NCBI GenBank assembly: GCA_951406725.2
Contig: OX597814.1
Span: 25,234,001-25,298,000 of the forward strand
Direction of reading: 5' to 3'
Source of the DNA: Octopus vulgaris
Lineage: Eukaryota
Length of the DNA: 64,000 nt
The position numbers were made by a program, and so were the translations under genes. The notes under the pieces were generated by a model. It saw nothing but the letters and a program-made list of their open reading frames with translations. It was not told the origin of the DNA and searched no databases. This document shows positions 13,295-26,870 of the stretch, in pieces. The stretch's first letter is position 1, and the number at the start of each line of letters is the position of its first letter.

Positions 13295-13525
13295 GGCGGC
13301 AAGCTGGCAGAAACGTTAGCACGCCGGGCGAAATGCTTAGCAGTATTTCGTCTGCCACTGCGTTCTGAGTTCAAATCCCGTCGAGGTCGACTTTGCCTTT
13401 CATCCTTTTGGAGTCAATAAATTAAGTACCAGTTACGCACTGGGGTCGATATAATCGACTTAATCTGTTTGTCTGTCCTTGTTTGTCCCCTCTGTGTTTA
13501 GCCCCTTGTGGGTAGTAAAGAAATA
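13295..13525 (+). mobile_element. tRNA-type SINE family A with target-site duplication
   Basis: A/B-box-like head; TSD gatataaaag(c/g)atataa at 13278-13294 and 13526-13542. Confidence 0.9.
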
Positions 13526-13703
13526 GATATAAAAGGATATAAAATGATAAAAGTGTTGTGAATGGCATCAAAGTATGATAAGTATAAAACTATTGCTAAC
13601 TTATTTGTTGGAATTAGTATCAAGAATTTAACTTGAAATAATTATGGCTCCACAAGTACAACACAGCACATTCACTTTGTGGTTTTTCGCATCTCTTCTT
13701 CAG

Positions 13704-13748
13704 CAAGTACAATTTTATTGTTTGCTAGGAAGGTTCAATATTCCTGAA
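13704..13748 (+). CDS. Candidate internal exon of an unidentified host gene (QVQFYCLLGRFNIPE)
   Basis: Pyrimidine tract plus cag acceptor, gtatgt donor, phase 0/0. An alternative acceptor exists at 13729. Confidence 0.25.
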
Positions 13749-14665
13749 GTATGTTTAGAGATGAATTCCATTCTTATTGAAATTATTAAAATAATATTCA
13801 ACAAGCAAATATTGTCTTTACCCTACTGTGTAATTATTTTTAATTACCATATTTGTTCATTAGACAAATTATGTTAACTATTGTTTTTATAAGGATGGTG
13901 TCTCTGAATAATGAATCTCCAATAATTTTTTTAGAGAATAAAGCACAGGCATGGTTATGAGGATATGAAATCTGCTTCATAGTTACTGGTTCTGAGTTTT
14001 ATCTCACTGCATGGCATCTTTGACAGACATCTTTTATTGCAGCCTTGAACTGATCAGTGAGTGAGTGGAAGTGGTAGGTGAAAACTGTATTAAAGCCCAC
14101 TGTGCATGCACACACGCACACACACACACACATGTATGTGTGTGTGTGTTTACAGGGTGACGTCATGTTGAACTTTCCTGTCATAGAGCTGTTCTTTAGC
14201 TCTCTACTTCTAAAGAGAAATGTAGAGAACTTTTATGTAAATAACAGACAAGTGTTGTTGGTAGGAAGGACAACGAGTGGTAAAGCTCTTCAATAAGTAC
14301 TCATCTGACTCATGCCAACACGGAAAAACTGACATAAAACGAATGAAGCAACTCAACCTCTGTTGAAACAATATCTCTATTGTGGGAAACTTTATTATAT
14401 GGGCTAAATTTCATAATGAAGAAATTGAAAATCTGTTGAATGTATGCATCAATAAAAATGATTTAAAAGAAAACTAGAATGAACTGCTGTGTATTGCTGT
14501 TTGCTGTCAACTGATAACCAATTCCAATGCCTTAAACAGTTATATTCTTGCCTTTTTTTTGTTTTGTTTTGTTTTTTCTTTTTGTTGAGATATTTTAAAT
14601 TTCATCTTAGCTTTATAATAGGTATATCTAAATGTAATGAATTATCATTGTTAATGAGTTTTTAG

Positions 14666-14751
14666 AGTTTCAGTATTGCCAAAGATACTGATAAATTAAT
14701 TAGTAAAACTCCCTGCTTATGTGATCAAATAGAAAGGTTCCTATTCAGATG
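14666..14751 (+). CDS. Candidate exon (SFSIAKDTDKLISKTPCLCDQIERFLFRW)
   Basis: tttttag acceptor (alternative cag at 14673), G|gtaaga donor, only one of three frames open, ends in phase 2. Confidence 0.4.
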
Positions 14752-16249
14752 GTAAGATGGAAATATTTCATTAGTTAACTGTTCCAATTCACGGACTCTC
14801 AGAGATCATCCAAATTCTTAAATATATTATCTAGATATACAAATATATGCTGGAATGTTGCCACACTTATTTCATAAGCCATTTGGAATTGAAGAAATGT
14901 ATTAATAGAATGGAAGAATTTCAAGTCTTTTAAGGGAATTATTTATTAGGCTAAAGCATTTATATCCATATTCACTTACCACACATTTTAATTAAATAAT
15001 TATATTTGTCAATATATTAGATACTGAATATTTTACTTTTAAATTGATATATGCTGTAATAGTGAAGATACAATTAAAGCTAGGATCTCAAAGTGCTGAT
15101 TATCTTTGTCAATTCGACCTTCTCTCATTTTATTGTATTTCATAGTCACTTGATATATTCCTTCTCATCACCATTAGTTTAATATCAAAGTTTTCATGAG
15201 ATGCTTTAGACACTCTGCAAAATGGCACTTTATTCACTTTATCAGTATTTCTTCCTATAATGCATTTTCTCATCCCTGAGGCTTACCTTTCTAAGCTTTT
15301 ATATATTTTGCTCATCCTAGTTCTTGGGCTAGATCTTTCATGTCTATCCACTGTTGACAATTCTCAAACAGAAAATATAGGGTTACACAAATTTTTATTC
15401 GCTTTTACTGAAGCCTAATAAAACTAATGTGAACGGATCTGTGTGGTCATCCCTTGACCTGAAAAAATAAGAAGTAAAACACTCTTAAAACGCATACTGC
15501 CCATCTTATAAAAGACAGGTCATATTGGAAGGTTAATGTAATCCTAAAGACACTATGTCTGAAAAAAAAACCCAGAAAATTATCATGGCTACTTATTAAG
15601 GGATTACCTGAAGATAAACGACAACTAAAGCCTAATACTTTATTTATTTATTTGTTTGTTTGTTTGTTTGTTTATTTTTTTCTTTGTCTAAATTGATCCA
15701 AATCAAACTTGCTTTTGTATAGCAAAAGGTTTTTTTTTTTATTCTAACCCTAAACCAAAACTAATTTGGAATTTGGTCTTGTTGAGCCAATTGTTAGAAG
15801 TACTACGGAATTCAGTCTAAGAAGAAAACAAATAAACAAATAAAAGTACTAATTTATTTCCACAATGTCATCATGTTGAAACATAGAATAGTCAGAAATA
15901 AAGTGTTTCACTTAAGTTAATTAACTTTATTAAATAGCTCTATTAGGTTTATTCTAGAGGAACTCTAATTTTCTGTAACTACATTAGTTCAAGCTGTGTT
16001 GATTGTATCTTGCACTTCTAACTTCCTCTCATATTTAAATCCATTAGTATGTCTTGTCTTACTGAAAACTGTTTACCAATTACAACCATTTTATTGCTTC
16101 ATTTAACTACACTTACTTGATTACTAGCTATTTTACGATAGTCAATTAATTTTACCTGTTGAGAAGATTAATTTGGTTGGCTGTCTTTAGGAGAATTTCA
16201 GCAAAATATTTCACCAGAGGAGTCCATTCCTTTAACAATGAACTGAAGA

Positions 16250-16452
16250 AAGTCTCTATGCAGTCATTAGACCTGCTAGAAATAGTAGTCAAATATCTAG
16301 AAAATTATATCCTACTATCTTAAAAGGAGAAAGAGACCATAGTACAGTCCTAAATGTACAGTACCTGAAATAAGATATGATGATCAAATTTGGAATGTCT
16401 TTGATTATAGGTCTACTCAAACAATGACTGACCAGAAGCTAAACAACAACAA
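16250..16452 (+). repeat. Dispersed degenerate repeat (acctgctagaaatag...ggaatg(c/t)ctttgat...ctaaacaacaac), probably a SINE/LINE 3' end
   Basis: Related copies at ~15440-15630, 21860-22025, 22190-22395 and 57010-57110. Confidence 0.65.
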
Positions 16453-16882
16453 TTTTTTTAATTAATCACTATTAATAAGATTTCAAAAATAAATTTGTAT
16501 TTTTTAAAAATGGTGTAAAGTTCATTAAATAATATGACAGGTGTCATCTCATAAACATAAGGTGTCATTTTAAGTTGGTGCACATTTTCAGGAGAAAATG
16601 CATCTTCCCTTATAAAATGTTTTATAGAACATATTTATTTCATAATTGTGCTTAAAAATAATTTTCACTACGATCCTGACAAGGGGAACAAAAGAATTGC
16701 AAATATGTGTAATAAAAAGCAACTATGAGAAAGAATACATCAATCTAAAATTAACTCTATTTTAAACTGTTAAATATAAGTGGAAGCTATTTTATAGAAT
16801 ACTTTTTTGTGATATTGAATATTCTGATAAAATAAAAGTTAGGAAACATTTATGTGTTCATTTATTTTCTTGATTATTTCAG

Positions 16883-16922
16883 GATTAGGAAATACTTTGA
16901 TAAAATACTTAGTGCTTCTTGA
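16883..16922 (+). CDS. Candidate terminal coding exon ((W)IRKYFDKILSAS*)
   Basis: Strong acceptor tttattttcttgattatttcag; phase 2 matches the previous exon; AATAAA at ~17082. Confidence 0.33.
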
Positions 16923-18232
16923 AATACCTATCACAGAATCCATATTCCCTCTAATGGAACTTCAATTTGTATTGAAGAATCTGCTAAAAGAAGGAAGTAA
17001 TTTCTTTTATTTGACAGATCTGTCATTGCTATAAATTCCATTGATAGATTTTCAGGACAAGTAGCTGGAAAAGAGGAAAAAATAAACTGAGAAAGAGAGA
17101 GTAAAATGTTCACTTAAGTTAAAAACCATATTTTCTGTATATCAGTGTGTTCCATTTTTGTCTCATTTTTTCATCAATTTACCGTTAAAAACTAGAGGGT
17201 TTTCTTTTGCTAAAGATTAATATAACAATATTTTCCCATTCCCAGATATCTTTTATTATCACTAGCATGTGTTTATGACCAGGTTTTAATTTTGTAAATC
17301 CTCTAACAACTTTGTAAACAGAAAAAAAAAATTGTTTCTGTTCATCTCACTCAGTGTGCAGAATCATTAAAAATAGAAGAGCTTTTAACATTAGAAAATC
17401 TGTCACTTGTTTACCAAAGTAAAGATAAATGTAAAAGCTTTGATGGAAGAGAACATTAAACAATCAATGTTGACAAATAGACTTAATAGTGCAAATACAG
17501 ATAAGTATTTCCTAGATATTGCAAGACTTGAAGAGGAGTTAGATCTTGAGATGGACTTGTTAAAGAATATTTCTGACATCAACTTAATGTATCGAAATTT
17601 CACACATCAAATGATGTTAAGTAGGGTTGCAGGGTAAACGATTAAATTCAGTGATGTGCATAGCAAAACATGTAATGAAATGGCTGTAAAACAGATGAGG
17701 AAAAGGAAAAATTAATGTCTTGTAAAATGTGAAGTAGGATGAAATGTATAGGATACGTAAATGGGGATATAGTGATTTCAATGGACAATGACAGAGGTTA
17801 TAAATTAAGAAGATTAACAGTATTTATAAAAAAGTTTGGAAGTTATGAACTTATATGGAATGAATAAAGTTAGTTAAGAAGATTGACGCCTCTCACTTGC
17901 ATTCTCTACTTTTAATATTTCAGTCGAAATAAATAAAAAGAAATTCCCTCTATAGTATACATGTTTTAACTCTAAATAGCACTTGTAAATTAATAGACAT
18001 TGTCATTGATGATAAGGTACAAAAATTTCAATTTTGAGTGACATAACAGTTCTAATAAAAATATATGTATTGACATAAATATGGCTGTATGGTTAAGAAT
18101 CTTGCTTCCCAACCACATCTTTTCAAGTTCAGTCCTACAGTATGGACCTTCAGCATATATTTTCTGCTATAGCTCTAGGCTGACCAAAATGTTGCAGGTG
18201 GGAACAAAGAATACTGTCATATATATATATAT

Positions 18233-18450
18233 ATCATCATCATCATCATTTAACGTCCGTTTTCCATGCTACCATGGGTTGGACAGTTCGACTGGGGTCT
18301 GGGAAGCCATAAGGCTGCACCAGGCTCCAGTCTGATCTGGCAGTGTTTCTACAGCTGGATGCTCTTCCTAACGCCAACCACTCCGTGAGTGTAGTGAGTG
18401 CTTTTTACGTGCCACCAGCACAGGGGCCAGAGGAGGCTGGCAAATGGCCA
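18233..18450 (-). mobile_element. RTE LINE 3' end with (GAT)n tail
   Basis: Reverse complement of the 70-213 tail. Confidence 0.85.
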
Positions 18451-18454
18451 TGAT

Positions 18455-18843
18455 TGTTTCAGTCATCAGACTGCAGTCATGCTGGAGCACCACCTTTAGT
18501 CAAGGAAATTGACCCCAGGACTTATACTTTGTAAGCCTAGTACTTATTCTATCAGTGTCTTTTGCTGAACCACTAAGTTACGGGGAGGTAAAAACACACC
18601 AGCATCTGTTGTCAAGCGATGTTGTAAGGGGACAAACACAGACACAAACATAAATACACACACACACATATATATATATATATGATGTGCTTCTTTCAGT
18701 TTCCAACTACCAAATTTACTCATAGGGCTTTAGTCACCTCAAGGCTATAGTAGAAGACACTTGCCCAAGATGCCATGCAGTGGGACTGAACCTGGAACTA
18801 TGTGGTTGGTAAGCAAGCTACTTACCACACAGCCTTTCCTGCA

Positions 18844-18845
<2 letters not shown>
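18455..18845 (-). mobile_element. tRNA-type SINE family B (OR/CORE-like)
   Basis: Reverse complement of the full copy at 58009-58417. Confidence 0.88.
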
Positions 18846-18878
<33 letters not shown>

Positions 18879-19107
18879 GTATATATGTTTTCATAAGGTT
18901 AGTTAAAATATATTTATGACATATTTCAGCTTCTAAAAGCAATTTCACTGCAGCTATCACAAATAAAAAATTCTCTCTTATGGTAAAAGGTGTAAAAATT
19001 CCATATCTTTAGAAGTTGAGATATGTCACAAACATATTTTAGCTAACCTAAAGTTCATTTATTTCTAACCCATGCTGCTACATATATATGTCTGTATGCA
19101 TCACATC

Positions 19108-19640
19108 ATCATACTAGCAAAGTCTTCTCTCATGTGGTGTGCAAGGGAGAAGACTGTGCTGGTATGGTCAGGTGATGCACATGGATGAGGATAGCTGCGT
19201 AAAGAAGAGCCAGCCTCTAACTGAGGAGAAAACATGTGGTAGAGGTTGACCCAAGAAGGCATAGGACAAAGTGATGAGGCATGATCTTTGGATGTTGGGT
19301 CTTGCAGAGGCAATGACAATTGATTGAAATCTTTGGCATTTTGCTGGGTGATTTCCTACTGAGAAGACATGTCGAACCAAGTGAAATCGTAGTTGTGGCC
19401 AGTGCTGGTGACACGTAAAAGGCACCTATGCCAGTGACATGTAAAGGGCACCTGTGCCAGTGACACATAAAAGTGTGACTGCACTTCTGGGGTGGTTAAC
19501 ATTAGGAAAGGCGTCCAGCCATAGAAACCAAGCCAAATCAGACTGGGGCTTGGTACATTTCTCAGGTTTACCAGTCCCAGTAAAAACCATCTAACCCATG
19601 CCAAAATGGAAAACAGATGCTAAATAATGATGATCATGAT
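19108..19640 (+). mobile_element. RTE LINE 3' fragment
   Basis: Degenerate RRLCWYG.VMHMDE and GRG.P.K, then the 3' UTR and (GAT)n-like tail. Confidence 0.82.
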
Positions 19641-20539
19641 ATACCCCCCCACACACAAACACACATACACACACACATGCACAAACACACACATGTATGT
19701 GTGTGCATGTGTATACTACAAGCTTATGTGTGCATATGAATATGAGTTCATCATCTTGAAATCACATGATGAACGAAACAAGTGACCCTGATATACGAGC
19801 ATGCTCTTTGTTTCCAACCTTCTGAAACATGTTTGGTCATGGGGAAATGCTACCTTTCTTGAAAACAAGTAGGGCTAGGGACGGGAATGACATCCAATCA
19901 TAGAAAATGTGCCTCAACAAATTCTACCAGCATGAAAAATTGGCTGCTAAAATATGAGGATGATGACAATGAAACAAATATGGTTAGAACTGACGAGCAG
20001 AGCTGAAAAAGCATTGAAAATGGTGAAGACAGATGTTCAGTGTGTATTACATGGAGTAACAGGTCTGAAAAATATTAATGCATTTGAAAAGTGACTGAGA
20101 TTGTTGGTTTGGTTATTAATATAAATAACGATGTTAGCAGATTTCTTGATAAAAAAATTTTATGGCAACAAGGAAAAAAATTTTTCACAGATCTTCCATA
20201 TATATCTGGGCTTTAAAAGATAGGGTTATGGTGATCATATGGAGATAAATAGCAAAGCAAAATAACAATAACTTTGGGATATGAGATGATTTCATGGACA
20301 GATAGGTACAATGAATTTATATCTTTGTCTATACTTTCATAAATATAATGCTATAAAATTAATGTTAGAACTGTTATCTACTATAGTCATCAAGTAATTA
20401 TTTTATGCCTATGTTTCAAACATTTCCAAGGTATCATCATCATGGAAGGAATGATAGAGATGATAACGTTGATGCTGATCAGGATAATGTCCATTTTTTT
20501 ATACTGGCATAGACTGGCTGGGCCTACAATGTAAAACGT

Positions 20540-23030
20540 TATCACATCCCTCAAATTATAGGTCATTTCGATACTTTGTGATTCAGATCACCTCTTCACT
20601 TATTGTTTTTCCATATCTTTCTATTCTGAAGATAGCCTCAAGTGTCAAAGTGTTTAGTGTGGTGCCTGAACAAAGAGTCATAGTATGAATGAAGAGAAGA
20701 GTCAAGTATTCCATCAGTTACATCAGAGGAGCAGATTCAGGCATAGTAGCTATAGATAAGTCAGAAAGAAGAAACATCATATCATTGACCTGTCGGTTAA
20801 AGTGCATTGATGAATAAATCTTTGCCAAACAGCTGAAAAATTTCTTTTACATGCAGTTTAAAATGTTAATATGTATCACAGCAGTATTGCTGCAGATATA
20901 TTAAAGGTACTACCATAAGGATTCCACTTGAGCTTTGTAGGGTATCAGCAACTTACGATAGTTGAATTATCTTGTGGTCTTGAAGGAGATGCTATGTCTT
21001 TGGAATGCAGTTTTGGCAGGGTTATATATGTGTGTGTGTGTCAATGCCATGAGAGGTTGTTAGAGATTTTCAAACCTAGCACTTGCAGCCACTTAAAAGG
21101 TTTAAATTGTGTATTATTAATATATATATTAAGTCGTAGTACAACATTGCTTCCTTAATGTGTGAAGCAATTGTGTCTTGAGTGCTGCTGATGTAATGTG
21201 CTTGTTATAGCCTTATTAACAACCTTAAACTTCCCAGTGAGCAAATTTCTGTCATTGTAATGGTGGGTAAATGCTGACCAACTATTAATGATAGACAGCT
21301 TCTTCCAAATTACGTTTCCATTCTCCACCCCTGGTCTACTTAGCACATCCCTCTTTTCTTCTCTCAACATCTTTACTATTTCTCATCTCTCAGATTCCAT
21401 ACTAAACAAGTTGCCCAATAATCCCTTTTGAATTATCTTCCCACCCATATTTTCTCTGCAAAGATATTCATACTGAGCATCAAATGAGCCAGTCTGGTAA
21501 ACCCTGCAAAGGGGTTAGGTATTGCTTCTTCTCCACAGACTAACTAATAGTATCTTTAAAAAATGGATTTCTGCATAGCTTAAACATGCTGAAAGTGGTT
21601 TTGGGGATGTGGGTTTATGTTGTTTATGGAATGTGTAGCAAGAAGAAAACTATTCACCAAACACTTAGCTGTCAAGAGTAGTTGGTAATTGCTGTCAAGA
21701 ACTGTCTCTCCTACATGATGTCTTTAATGCCTATAACCCTGTCACCTCACATCTAATTGGCTTTTCATACATCTTGATTATTTATATCAAATTGATCATA
21801 CTTGACCCATTCTCCTCCTGCCTCTGTAGATCTACCATATTAAATAACAATCCATAAAAGAAGCCACATTCTGGTTGTTTGGCCTGTTAGAAATAGCAGC
21901 TATTTGAAAAGAGAATGCATTCAATAATGTATTACTAAACATCCCTAAAAAAAGATTTGGTCATGACTGGAATGCCTTTGATCACTGGTCTGGTCAATCA
22001 GTTCTGACTTGAACAACAGCAACAGATATCTAGCAGTATTGGACTCCTTAAATTTGTTTTAAGCAGTAAGTATTTTTTTCTGAGAAATAAATCATTTGTT
22101 TCCTAAAGAGATACATGTTTGCTTCTCAAGCAAAAAGCTATAGAGCATTTTTTTCAACATGAAACACTTAAAATTATAGCAAGTGAGGAAACCTCTCTAT
22201 GGTTATCTGACCTGCTAAAATCAATTGGAAAATCTCCCTCAAATCATACACCGTTATTTTAAAAACAGGACATATTAGGTAAGGGGATTATAGAAACAAT
22301 ACATTTGAAAAACAAAATGGATGAAATAGCCACATTTGGAATGTCTTTTGATCATAGCTATTTGATCGGAGATGAAATGGAGTTAAACAACAGTAACTTG
22401 AATTTTTATGTATCATTGTCATGAAGGCTCTAATAGTCAAGTACAATTTCTACTTGTTGGTGAATGCCTGAGCATGACATATAATATGGATGCACTAATG
22501 CATATCAGAACTAGGAACCAGATATAATTGTAAAGTACCATAATCAGAACTATCAGAATTAGAGTCTAGATATAATAGGGAAGTAGGCTAAGAAAGTTGA
22601 GTAAATTTTGGCCTTCATTGAATATTTCTAATTTTAAATGGTAAAACCAGAGGAGGAAAGGTAGTATCTCATGGTCCATTTCAGGACCTTCAAGATTTGT
22701 AGAAGTAAGGAATTTGTTGTCAAGATGATGATATTCTGGTCTGAATACTTATAACTTAGTTGGCTTTGCTAATGTCCTGTAAGGACCAAATGGTGGTGTT
22801 AAACTTGGCAATAGAATAAGCCACATCGCTTTTACTTCACTATCCTTCAGTGCTAAGAGCTAACACATCACTTATGAAATTTATAGTACTGCTACAGCCT
22901 ATAACAGCAAGTTATCTCTGCTTATCCACACCAGTTTTCAACTACTTGCATTGACTCATTTAAGAGTTAACTTTCTTGACTATAAGTACAATGCAGAGCT
23001 GGTGGCAGTATTGGCAGTATACAAATACAT
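20540..23030 (-). mobile_element. Old, fragmented LINE (CR1/L2/Jockey group) RT remnant
   Basis: Minus-strand YKAQV..LM.Y-like (~20905-20945) and DAQY-like (~21470-21485) motifs; interrupted by other repeats; boundaries approximate. Confidence 0.45.
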
Positions 23031-25198
23031 ATGTACTTATACAAGTATATATGTATTATTACTGTTGCTTATAACAGGGACCATCATTTAAACAACTCAC
23101 AATGAAATTAATCAAATATACCAATATGCTTATAATTCACAAAACATTATGCCAGTAGCATGCTTGCAATACGCAATCTACAGGGTAATTATTCACCACT
23201 TTAATTATTCCATCAATTTACTTCTTTACATTAATTTTACAAATATAAATGCCACAATTTAAACAATAAACACTGGAAAGTATTCTGAATTTCATCGTTT
23301 TAAATAAATATTATCAAGTAAAAATTCTAAATTAATGGAGTAGAATTTGTTGTTCACTGATCATACATCAAAAACATATTCATTTTCCAAATTATTATGA
23401 TAAAATGATTTATCACTGAAACTGGAGTTAGACTTTCATTTCCTTTTGTTTCACTTCACTACTCAGCAGAATATATATATATATATATAGGCACAGGAGT
23501 GGCTGTGTGGTACGTAACTTGCTTAAACCACATTGTTCCAGGTTCAGCTTCACTACAGGAATAAAATATTCCCTATGTTTCTAAATGTAAAGTAACAAAT
23601 AAGAAAAAAAGTGAGGCTTGTTAGAACTGGTCATAAACAAATTTTCAATCAGTTGCAACAAAGCTGTAGCATGGCCAAGTTGCAGTGATGCAATGAATAT
23701 TAGTCAGCTCGTGAAGTAAATTAAAAGTCGATTTAACAGTTTGTGTTATTATTGGACAAAATGGATCTTCCATGTTATAACTGCTACTACCTTCTCACTT
23801 TCAGAATAAAATTTGGTGTCAAATAATGGTTCCTTTGTTGTTTTGGTTAAATGGTTGTCTGGACTTTTCATAATGTGTAAAAGAGGGTTACACTGGATCA
23901 AAGTTTTCTTCTTCGGTATTCTAAATTCCTGAGAAACTCTCAGAAAAAGCTTTCATTACTTACTAGAAATGTTATCTCAGAAATGTATTGCATTCTTCAG
24001 ACAGATAATTTGATTCATTTATAAAATGGAAAAATTAGTTTGCAATGTAAGAGAATCGAAGATAGCTAGCTACATTTGGAAATTGACACTGCATCATTTA
24101 GTAGGGACACTAGGAGCTTACCTTTATTAAATATAACTTGTTACTTTGAAAAAATGACAGACATTTATTAAGCCAATAATTGATTTTCCAAATGACAGTG
24201 CTTAAAACTGGCAAACATCCTCTTACTTTCACAAAGCCTTAGTAAGCAATAATCTAATAGCAATGACTAACATGTGTAACTAGCGACTGATAGTAGTATG
24301 TTTAGCAGAAAAATGTTATGGATTGTGATGTCAGAAATGTTTATGATGACAGCAACAAATGCAATTCTAAAATAAAAGTTAAAAAAATGCATCATAATTA
24401 CATTTATAAATTTTCCAAAGAAATACAAAGAGCAATGTTTTCTTATAGCTCAGGGTTATTGAAATAAAATAAATCCAATCTTGATTCATGCAGATAGCAA
24501 CACACCAACTAATTAAGAACAAAAAATAAATACACACACACAGACACATACACACACACACACACACGCACACACACATATACAGACATATATAATCATA
24601 TTCTTTTGGAATGGTATTATGGAAGAAATGATTTAAAATTGCTTAAAAATACTTTGACTTTTTGTCTTCTTTTTCTGTAATTTTCATTTTAAAAATGTAT
24701 CTTTTTTTTTTTGCTGGGTAGTAAGTTTATTTTATTTTATTTATTTAATCATTTTGGATTATGTCTTTTACTTTATTTGGTGAGAGAATCTTTTTGTTAG
24801 AATAGCTGACATAATCTTGTATTTTGCCACAGGATATTCTCCTAAATCTTTCTAATAAAAGATTGTCACTAAATAGCTTATTGCATTATACTATTTCATT
24901 CTTGTTTCCAAATAATGGGAAGCTGAAAAGAACAAACAAAATAGGATTTGTTGTATCTTTTGCAATGCTGTATCAAATGTCATTTGTATTTTTGATATTC
25001 ATGGATGAACATATATATTAGCTGTGATTTTTTTTTTTCCACACATGCTCTAATTTGCATTAGGAAAGACCATATATGCCTATCTCTAGTAATGTGTGTG
25101 TGTGCCCATGCGCACACATGTGTGTTTTGAGATTGAGTTTTTGTTTTTAAAATTAAGACTTATATTTTCAGGTAAAGATGACATTTCAGGTGAAGAAG

Positions 25199-25500
25199 AT
25201 CATCATCATCATCATCATTTAACGTCTGCTTTTCATGCTAGCATGGGTTGGACGATTTGACTGAGGGCTGGTGAACCAGATGGCTGCACCAGGCTCCAAT
25301 CTTGATCAGGCAGAGTTTCTACAGCTGGATGCCCTTCCTAATGCCAACCACTCCAAGAGTGTAGTGGGTGCTTTTCCATGCCACTGGCACGAGGGCCAGT
25401 TTGGTAGTACTGGCAACAACCTCACTCGAATGTTTTTATACATGTCACTGGCACAAGTGCCAGCAAGGCAACGCTGGTAATGATCACACTCATATGGTGC
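25199..25500 (-). mobile_element. RTE LINE 3' end with (GAT)n tail
   Basis: Matches 18233-18450. Confidence 0.85.
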
Positions 25501-25715
25501 TCTTAGTACCCCGCTATATTTTACTGATATTTTATTGCACATAGAAAACAAGTGAGATGAAACAAAAAGGTTTGCAGTCTATATCATCTTCTAGAGTTCA
25601 TGCTGGGACTCAGCACTCAGCTGCTATTGTTGTGGCTGTTGTTTAGTCAAGGATGACTTTACTCTTCTAAACTAACAAGTTGCATACCATGTCTCCAGAT
25701 TTACACTCATATACC

Positions 25716-26008
25716 TGTTTGTTCCTTCTTGAGCCATGCCTGGCTCATAAGGGCCAATTTCCCAGTTTCCTTAGCATATAGGTTTCCCACCTGGATGGGA
25801 CACCGGTCCATCGCAGGTGGGCAGCAAAATGCAGGAGGAAAGAGTGAAAGTTGTGGGGAAAAAGTCAGCAGAAGTTCGCCATTACCTTCTGCTGGAGCCG
25901 TGTGGAGCTTAGGTGTTTCGTTCATAAACACACGCATCGCCCGGCCTGAGATTCGACCCCATGATTCCTGGACCGCATGTCCGCTGCTCTAACCACTAGG
26001 CCATCCAC
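25716..26008 (-). mobile_element. tRNA-derived SINE family C, young copy with 13-bp TSD
   Basis: Head tggcctagtggttagagcagcgg...gggtcgaatctc; TSD acactcatatacc at 25703-25715 and 26009-26021. Confidence 0.9.
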
Positions 26009-26658
26009 ACACTCATATACCCATCTTTATCATCACTATATCTTCAAACATAGATAATACACTAAATACCAATCTTACTCACTCTGGGTGAGAGCTGCAA
26101 ATATTTTAATAATTTACTTCCATCAAATTTTTCATAAAAAAAACACAACCTATTGAAGTTCAATCTGCACAACAACCACATTGAATAGTCTGTCATTTCT
26201 TCTCTGAGAAATTAATTTACAAACAATCATCAGACTATATTAGAAAACACCCCTAGCTGACTATTTTTATTATTTCATGAATCACATTTCTGTTGCCTTT
26301 GCATGTTCTTCATAGAAACAATATAATATTTTAATTGTTTAATCAGGAGAATGGCAAAGCACATGACACTTTACAAGGCAACAATGATGGTGGAGTTTTA
26401 TGAAAAGGAGAAAAGTATTCTCAAATCAGGAACCTAGTCAAATGCTTACAAATGCTTAGTGGATTCTGCTAAAGATACCCAAGGACCAAGTGGTGATGCT
26501 TAACCAGGTTTTGGATTAAGTATAATATCGAAATAGGCTACAGCAAGATTTGAACACAGAATTCTATGAACTGGAACAAATACCTCAAGGCATCCCATCT
26601 GGTAATTTATTTGTTAATTTCTTGGGAATATAGATGACACTTGCCCAAGGTGTCACAT

Positions 26659-26870
26659 ATTCTTTTCTACTCTAGGTACAAGGCACAAAATTTTTGGGGA
26701 GGGGGCCAGTCGATTAGATCAACTCCAGTATGCAACTGGTAGTTAATTTATCAACCCCCAAAAGGATAAATGGCAAAGTCGACCTCGGTAGAGTTTAAAC
26801 TCAGAATGTAAAGACAGACGAGATACCTGTAAGCATTTCACCTGGCATGCTAACGTGTTTACCAGCTCAC
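26659..26870 (-). mobile_element. SINE family A, variant with ggccccctcccc...ctagagtagaaaagaat tail
   Basis: Matches the second half of the dimer at 46228-46608. Confidence 0.82.
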
